Below are positions 59,501-64,000 of a stretch of DNA of 64,000 nt, in pieces. A program made the position numbers and the translations under genes. The notes under the pieces were generated by a model. That model saw only the letters and a program-made list of their open reading frames with translations. It did not search any database and had not been told where the DNA came from. Numbering within the stretch: the first letter of the stretch is position 1; the number at the start of each line of letters is the position of its first letter. Source of the DNA: Methanobacteriota archaeon (GTDB lineage Archaea; Thermoplasmatota; Poseidoniia; Poseidoniales; Thalassarchaeaceae); assembly GCA_018654845.1 (NCBI GenBank), contig JABIKU010000002.1, positions 13,729 to 77,728 on the forward strand. The letters are read 5' to 3'.

Positions 59501-61709
59501 AAAATGAAACCGTTCCAGCAGCCAACATTCCTGTAAATTCTAAATTGGCATTATCGCCGTCAGAAATGTTTCCAGATTGAGCAGAATAAATGCCTGAAAT
59601 TGGAGTAGATGGTGGATTTGTTGCTGATACATATGAGCAACAATCAGCAGATGCAGATGTTCCCCCATCGCCATAACTATCATTGAGGTATATCGTGTAA
59701 TTTCCTGCAACCGTATAAGTTGCTAATACACCCGAAAAACCACTATATACATCACTCGAATTAAATGCATCAACTGTTCCATTCGGCAAAATAATATCCA
59801 TACTAAATTCATTAGGCCAAATGTCGACTGTAACAAAAATTTCCACTGTTTCGTTAGCTGGATGAGCGTAATTGCACGTCACTGCTGAGAAAGCGGGGGA
59901 GTTAGTGCTGCCACCGATTCCGCAGAGATTAGTTGAAGAATAGACGATTCCATTATTGGCATCTTCGACCGACCAAGTATTCGAAGAAGAACCCGAAACT
60001 CCCCAGCCATTCGTTAAATGACCTGATTCAAAGTCACCCTCAAAATTTGCCATATTATTCGACGGGTAGAGGTACATCTCTCCACCCGCATCTTTGGTTG
60101 CCCAAGTAGTATCATCACAAGTTCGTTGATGTGTTCCTGTAACAGAGTCAGGGCATTGTGCTAGATCCATCATATGAGAGCGCACATGAGTATCATTAGC
60201 CCAAATTGTTGAAGCGCCATAAGATGTTGTTCCGGCGATTGGGACTGGAATGATTCCTGCCTTTGCACAAGCATCGTGAGCTTCAGAAATACTTTGGTAG
60301 TCATCTGCATTTTGTGCTTGCTGACCATTTCCTGAGCCGCCATAAGGCCCTTCATCAGAAACGGGAATAATCAGACGGGTTGCATTTGGATTCCATTGAT
60401 GATCGTATGTAGTCGCTGGATTGCCTGGGACGTTTCCTGCATTATCTCTCCAAGAAAGACACGCCCACGTCGAGCCGGGGCCCCACATCTCTGAGTAATG
60501 ACCCCAATCGGTTGGGATGTTCAGGCTCGAGCCGTTATACATTACATCGGAAAGTGCTCTAATTCCACCCGATGTGTCAGTTGAATTTTGGCCGAGATGG
60601 TTTGATCGGGGTCCATCGCCAAAACCGCCGACTTCGTAAGCATCCTCACAATTCTTTTGGTTATTCGCAAAAGACATCTGTCCACTCAATGCATACAAAG
60701 TTTCGAGAACAGTGATACTCGCTGCTTCAAGTAATGGTTTCACACCTTGGAAGAATTCTCCGCTGCTAAGGTTTCCACCATAAAATACCGCACACATATC
60801 GATCCATTCGGTCGTCATCGAACCAGAGGAGTCAATTAATCCGACATATTCAATCAATGAACCGCGAGTATCTTCCCACACGATTACAACCGTATTATTC
60901 GTCCCCATCGAAACCGCAGGATTGCCTTTGTAGCCAATTGCAGGGGTGACGATGGTGTTATTGATTTGAGTCGAGAGAGCATTGCTACCGGAAGCATTCC
61001 ATGCAAGCATAGCATAGTAAATCAGAGGTGCGCCGAAAAACGTCCCCTGAGCATCATAAGTATCAACCCAGACAACGTGTGCTGCATCGAAAGAATCGAT
61101 TGCAATATCTGGATCGTTGCGCACACCCGATCCATCAGCGATAATATGAGTTGAAACGAGAGACATATTGGCAATATCGCCAGGACTTCCATCTTGATTG
61201 TCGAGTGCAGGATTCAGTAAAGCATAGAGAATATGAGTGTCAGTAATCGCCCAAACAATGTGGGCTTTGTATTCTGAATCGATAACCAGAGAGGGGCTTG
61301 AGAGCGCATATGTGCTATTTTGACCAACAGGTGTGCTAGCAATTAGAACAGTATCGACACCTGATGTCGCAATCAAAGCATAGTGAACTTGAGGCATTGT
61401 GCCATTCTCTATCCAAACTAGATGAACTCGTTGCAAATCATCCATTACACCTGTTACTTCTATTGGATTAGAAGTATTGAGGTTTGAGAGAAGAGTTGTA
61501 GTGGATGTGTCATCAAGTGTTCCATTTGCTGTAAAATATCTCTCCGATGTAGGTTCGAGAGTCGACGAGACGGATGACAGGGAAGGAGCTGCAATTGATG
61601 TTATCATTAGGAAAACTAGTGTTAATGAAAGGCGGAAATTACGACGATTGCCATTTGTTAATTTCCATGTTTGTTTGTCATTTCTTTGTTCGTCGGCCTC
61701 TCTAACCAT
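56532..61709 (-). CDS. Giant cell-surface protein: propeller-like repeats, vWA domain, thrombospondin type-3-like Ca-binding repeats, C-terminal TM
   Basis: Signal-like N-terminus; xHVVW repeats; LIDSSGSM MIDAS; DxDGDGCxD..DDDNDGxxDxxDxCP repeats; C-terminal TM. Confidence 0.85.
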   Translation of the reverse strand: MVREADEQRNDKQTWKLTNGNRRNFRLSLTLVFLMITSIAAPSLSSVSSTLEPTSERYFTANGTLDDTSTTTLLSNLNTSNPIEVTGVMDDLQRVHLVWIENGTMPQVHYALIATSGVDTVLIASTPVGQNSTYALSSPSLVIDSEYKAHIVWAITDTHILYALLNPALDNQDGSPGDIANMSLVSTHIIADGSGVRNDPDIAIDSFDAAHVVWVDTYDAQGTFFGAPLIYYAMLAWNASGSNALSTQINNTIVTPAIGYKGNPAVSMGTNNTVVIVWEDTRGSLIEYVGLIDSSGSMTTEWIDMCAVFYGGNLSSGEFFQGVKPLLEAASITVLETLYALSGQMSFANNQKNCEDAYEVGGFGDGPRSNHLGQNSTDTSGGIRALSDVMYNGSSLNIPTDWGHYSEMWGPGSTWACLSWRDNAGNVPGNPATTYDHQWNPNATRLIIPVSDEGPYGGSGNGQQAQNADDYQSISEAHDACAKAGIIPVPIAGTTSYGASTIWANDTHVRSHMMDLAQCPDSVTGTHQRTCDDTTWATKDAGGEMYLYPSNNMANFEGDFESGHLTNGWGVSGSSSNTWSVEDANNGIVYSSTNLCGIGGSTNSPAFSAVTCNYAHPANETVEIFVTVDIWPNEFSMDIILPNGTVDAFNSSDVYSGFSGVLATYTVAGNYTIYLNDSYGDGGTSASADCCSYVSATNPPSTPISGIYSAQSGNISDGDNANLEFTGMLAAGTVSFSYNVSSEANYDFLRFFIDGVQLAQWSGVQDGNFSTPVSLGQHTLKWVYVKDGSLSSGSDAAWIDDVVVPIANYTQELNALVNEIIGLTSGSGSTETFLTVLNPYSILNNPRFTWTSGMSAHTIDDSGQYVEDIGPAVDYVWQDGTGWGTIGHFVLVNDTRLTSGHGWSVNPDVNVDDDGNVHVVWVDGRDSMPSRGAPSQLHYMQLDLDRAGALDGEANGLNLAEVAVVVDSAVQGSDMTFGANPRVDFDNDGSVHITWFESMQGESDEDSRVELRWTRINVPQFNDQGILRIGKSLIESYAVINTRIIASSANNLMGIFGSSLESSSQPIVNFDWPNRDIVWTTDECSDTETVTEDQWEVCMWSENVWNVGINFASGMDEVVELQPSQSINIDLLVEAIKISGTSDIASITVSGVPDYWFVDAGFAGTYQHTTTLVEGQTSELDLFLRAPTLAQVNDDQIIWLTLTLTSSTKEEGTISKLIRIDLVNEGDWNDDDNDGIPDAEDDCQFGDSGWTSAELTDHDGDGCRDSSEDDDDDNDGIYDEEDGCPIGVIGEIIDADYDGCDDILEDYDTDGDGVLNEFDLCPNGAQYWGEFSVDHDGDGCRDGDEDDNDDNDPYLDLDDDCSDGATWWTDLFFDHDGDGCHDVFDDEDDDNDGVLDVDDSCPHGVILWLSDAASDQDGDGCLDSVEDDDRDNDGILDVDDDCSMGMSDWTSTTLNDWDVDGCNDASEDSDDDNDGFADSMDQCQRSVMNPDDTTDLDNDGCYDFIEDTDLDNDGIESSIDNCEQNPTSGWISTITDDADRDGCHDLTEDADDDGDGILDGNDNCLGGEYVFSDLDQDGCDDETQDLDDDGDGIPDSRDKCPTGITNWNSNKKNDMDRDGCMDATEDTNVQMSMIQLLTSNSVITAGIVSMTVILLAALVLVQRKRPVARGAQDHTARVESIMNDDWDIERQPVEKTVEDLTDIGYSPEVARAILENEELVRDGEI
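56840..58025 (-). repeat. Degenerate TSP3-like Asp-rich repeat array inside the surface protein
   Basis: About a dozen ~30-33 aa units with DxDxDGC and DxDG motifs. Confidence 0.8.
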
Positions 61710-61770
61710 GCTGGTGCTTAACCTCTATTACCCATAGAAGGCAAGCCGGACATGTCCGAAATAGACAAAT

Positions 61771-63435
61771 TTACGACTGTTTTTCTGCGAGGTGAGAAGC
61801 TTTCCTAGTGATATAATCAGTATAGTTCCCAGGCCAAACCCAGAGACTTCCATCACCAGGTAATTCCCAAATTGTATCACAAATTTTGTCAAGGAACCAC
61901 CGATCGTGACTGACGGTGATTATTCCGCCATCATATTCCATCAACGCCTCTTCAAGAGCCTCTTTTGCATCGGTATCAAGATGATTCGTGGGTTCGTCCA
62001 ATAGTAACATGTTATTATCTTCAAGAAGTAATTTCAACAAAGCGATTCGTGCCCTCTCTCCACCACTTAATTTCTCAAGTTTAGTAGAAACCATATCTGA
62101 GGTAAATTGGAATTGCCCGAGCATTGCCCTGATGTCTCCATAATCCATCCGCGGTTTAAGATGCTGAATCTGCTCGATGGGTGTTAAATTAAAATTCAAA
62201 GATCGATGGTCTTGATGGAAGTATCCTGCCTCAACCCCTGGGCGGATATCGAGTTTTCCTGAGTCGAGTTTTAATTCACCAATAATTAAGCGCAATATAC
62301 TGGTTTTTCCCGCACCGTTTGGGCCGACGATACCAATTTTTTGGCCTCGGCGAACACCTACTTCAAGCCCGTGTAAAATTGGCCTTTTCATCCCTTCAAA
62401 TTGTAGGTGAGCCTTGTGAAAATCAAGAACTTCAAGGCTACTTTTTTCTGTTGCCTGCAAAGAGAAGTTCAAGTTTCTGCGTTGTTTTGGTTTAATCGAT
62501 TTAAGCCATTTCAATTCGCGTTGAGCACGCATAATCATGAAGTGCTTTTGAGATATCGATTTGTCGAATTTATTATTTCTTTTCATCGACATCATGGCGC
62601 CTTTCAATCGCTTCAATTCCTTTGACGTTTTCTTAATTCGCTCATCCAAAGTTTGTAAGAATAATTCCTTTTGCTTTAGGAATGAAGAATAATTGCCAGG
62701 ATATCCTTTGAGATGTGCATCTTGAATCTCTGCAACATTATTACAAACGCGGTCAAGGAAATACCTGTCGTGGCTAACTATAAGGAGAGCTCCTTGGTAC
62801 CTTAAAAGGAATTTTTCTAACCAATCTAGAGTTTGAAAATCCAAGTGGTTAGTTGGCTCGTCAAGGAAAAGTAGGTCTATCTCGTTCAATCCTACCAATT
62901 GCCGAGCCAATGCTACCTTTGCTCGCTCCCCCCCTGACAAAGAGGTTAGTTGAACATCCATTTGGTGATGAGCAAGGTCGAGAGCCTTGAGAATTTCAGA
63001 AGCATGTCCTGCGACATCACCGCCGCCGGAACGTGCCATCAGGGCCTGTAATTCTTGGTAACGATCCATTGTCGGTTGCCAATTGCCATCATAAAATGAA
63101 GGATTGGCCATCTGTAATTCGATGCCTGCTATTTCATCTTCCAATTCTTTGAACTGGCGACCGCGTCGATTGAGCTCTTCACCTAGGGTTGCACTCTCAT
63201 CAATATCTCTAATTTGTGTCAGATATGCAAGGCGTAATCCTGGAGCAAAATGAAGGTCTCCGAGGTCTTGATCTTGGTTTGAAATTGTACGCAGTAGTGT
63301 GGTTTTTCCTGCCCCATTATGGCCTACTACACCTATTCTATCGCCCTCATCAATTCGAAGGTTAACACCCTCAAGAATTGTCAAAGGGCCGAAGGTTCGG
63401 TGGATCTCCTCCAGCCGAACCAACTCTCGTACCAT
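61771..63435 (-). CDS. ABC-F family ATP-binding protein (translation factor-like)
   Basis: Two NBDs (GHNGAGKTT, GPNGAGKTS), LSGGE x2, LDEPTNHLD x2, no TM; start ATG 63435. Confidence 0.93.
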   Translation of the reverse strand: MVRELVRLEEIHRTFGPLTILEGVNLRIDEGDRIGVVGHNGAGKTTLLRTISNQDQDLGDLHFAPGLRLAYLTQIRDIDESATLGEELNRRGRQFKELEDEIAGIELQMANPSFYDGNWQPTMDRYQELQALMARSGGGDVAGHASEILKALDLAHHQMDVQLTSLSGGERAKVALARQLVGLNEIDLLFLDEPTNHLDFQTLDWLEKFLLRYQGALLIVSHDRYFLDRVCNNVAEIQDAHLKGYPGNYSSFLKQKELFLQTLDERIKKTSKELKRLKGAMMSMKRNNKFDKSISQKHFMIMRAQRELKWLKSIKPKQRRNLNFSLQATEKSSLEVLDFHKAHLQFEGMKRPILHGLEVGVRRGQKIGIVGPNGAGKTSILRLIIGELKLDSGKLDIRPGVEAGYFHQDHRSLNFNLTPIEQIQHLKPRMDYGDIRAMLGQFQFTSDMVSTKLEKLSGGERARIALLKLLLEDNNMLLLDEPTNHLDTDAKEALEEALMEYDGGIITVSHDRWFLDKICDTIWELPGDGSLWVWPGNYTDYITRKASHLAEKQS

Positions 63436-63472
63436 GGCTGGGCGGCCGACCACCTGTTCAAGTGTGATTCGG

Positions 63473-64000
63473 TCAAGATTGAAGTTGTTCAATTCGAGTT
63501 TGGTCAATTTTTTCCCATGCAAACTCGCCTTTCTCTGTAGTTGGTCGGCCGAAATGTCCGCCCGCTGCAGTAATCAGATATTGTGGGCGGCGCAAATCTA
63601 AGGCTCGAATAATTGCTGCTGGCTTAAAATCAAAAACTCGGCGGACTCGCTTGGCTAATTCTGAATTAGAAAATTTTCCTGTACCAAAAGCATCGACGAG
63701 CAAACTAACCGGTTCTGCGACTCCAATGACATAAGCGACTTGAATCTCAACACGGTCGGCAAGGTCAGCTGCAACTAGGTGTTTAGCTGCCCAACGAGCA
63801 AAATATGCTGCGGAACGATCAACTTTTGTTGGATCTTTGCCACTGAAAGCCCCGCCACCATGGCGGCCCATTCCCCCATATGTATCGACAACGATTTTGC
63901 GGCCGGTGATTCCTGCGTCCGAATAGGGCCCACCAGGGTCTGCAAACCTTCCAGTCCCATTTACGATTAGTCGATAATCATCAGGCAACCAATGGGATGG
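63473..64000 (-). CDS. metK: Methionine adenosyltransferase, bacterial/eukaryotic type (C-terminal part)
   Basis: [46 protein letters not shown]. Confidence 0.95.
   Translation of the reverse strand, partial: PSHWLPDDYRLIVNGTGRFADPGGPYSDAGITGRKIVVDTYGGMGRHGGGAFSGKDPTKVDRSAAYFARWAAKHLVAADLADRVEIQVAYVIGVAEPVSLLVDAFGTGKFSNSELAKRVRRVFDFKPAAIIRALDLRRPQYLITAAGGHFGRPTTEKGEFAWEKIDQTRIEQLQS

Overview
Core-genome window of a free-living Thermoplasmatota archaeon, most consistent with Marine Group II (Ca. Poseidoniales). Archaeal information genes (S13-S4-S11-RpoD, PolD DP2, PriL, Nre, type II MetAP, pantoate kinase, MptE) are mixed with bacterial-type enzymes (LeuRS core, MetK, PckA, FumC, NifJ-type PFOR, Grx4/BolA) and secreted hydrolases and surface proteins. 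I found no tRNA, rRNA, CRISPR array or transposase. The most unusual signal is a ~640-nt intergenic element at ~41.66-42.30 kb. It is almost T-free on the + strand and built from many GNRA/UUCG-capped hairpins joined by repeated GAAC and GGAAAAC linkers. A TATA-like motif precedes it and a 19-bp stem closes it, so it is a candidate large structured ncRNA. ORB-like boxes flank it, and it abuts a fumarase fused to a ribbon-helix-helix DNA-binding domain. Other points of interest: a three-gene iron/redox module (ferritin-VIT1, an acidic repeat protein, a CxxCH + di-heme-b membrane protein), a CDIN1/C15orf41-like nuclease, a UPF1/IGHMBP2-like helicase divergent from a SAP-domain protein, a sensor-less wHTH-STAND ATPase and a giant vWA/TSP3 surface protein. 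All assignments are from motif recognition by eye; no database search was run.
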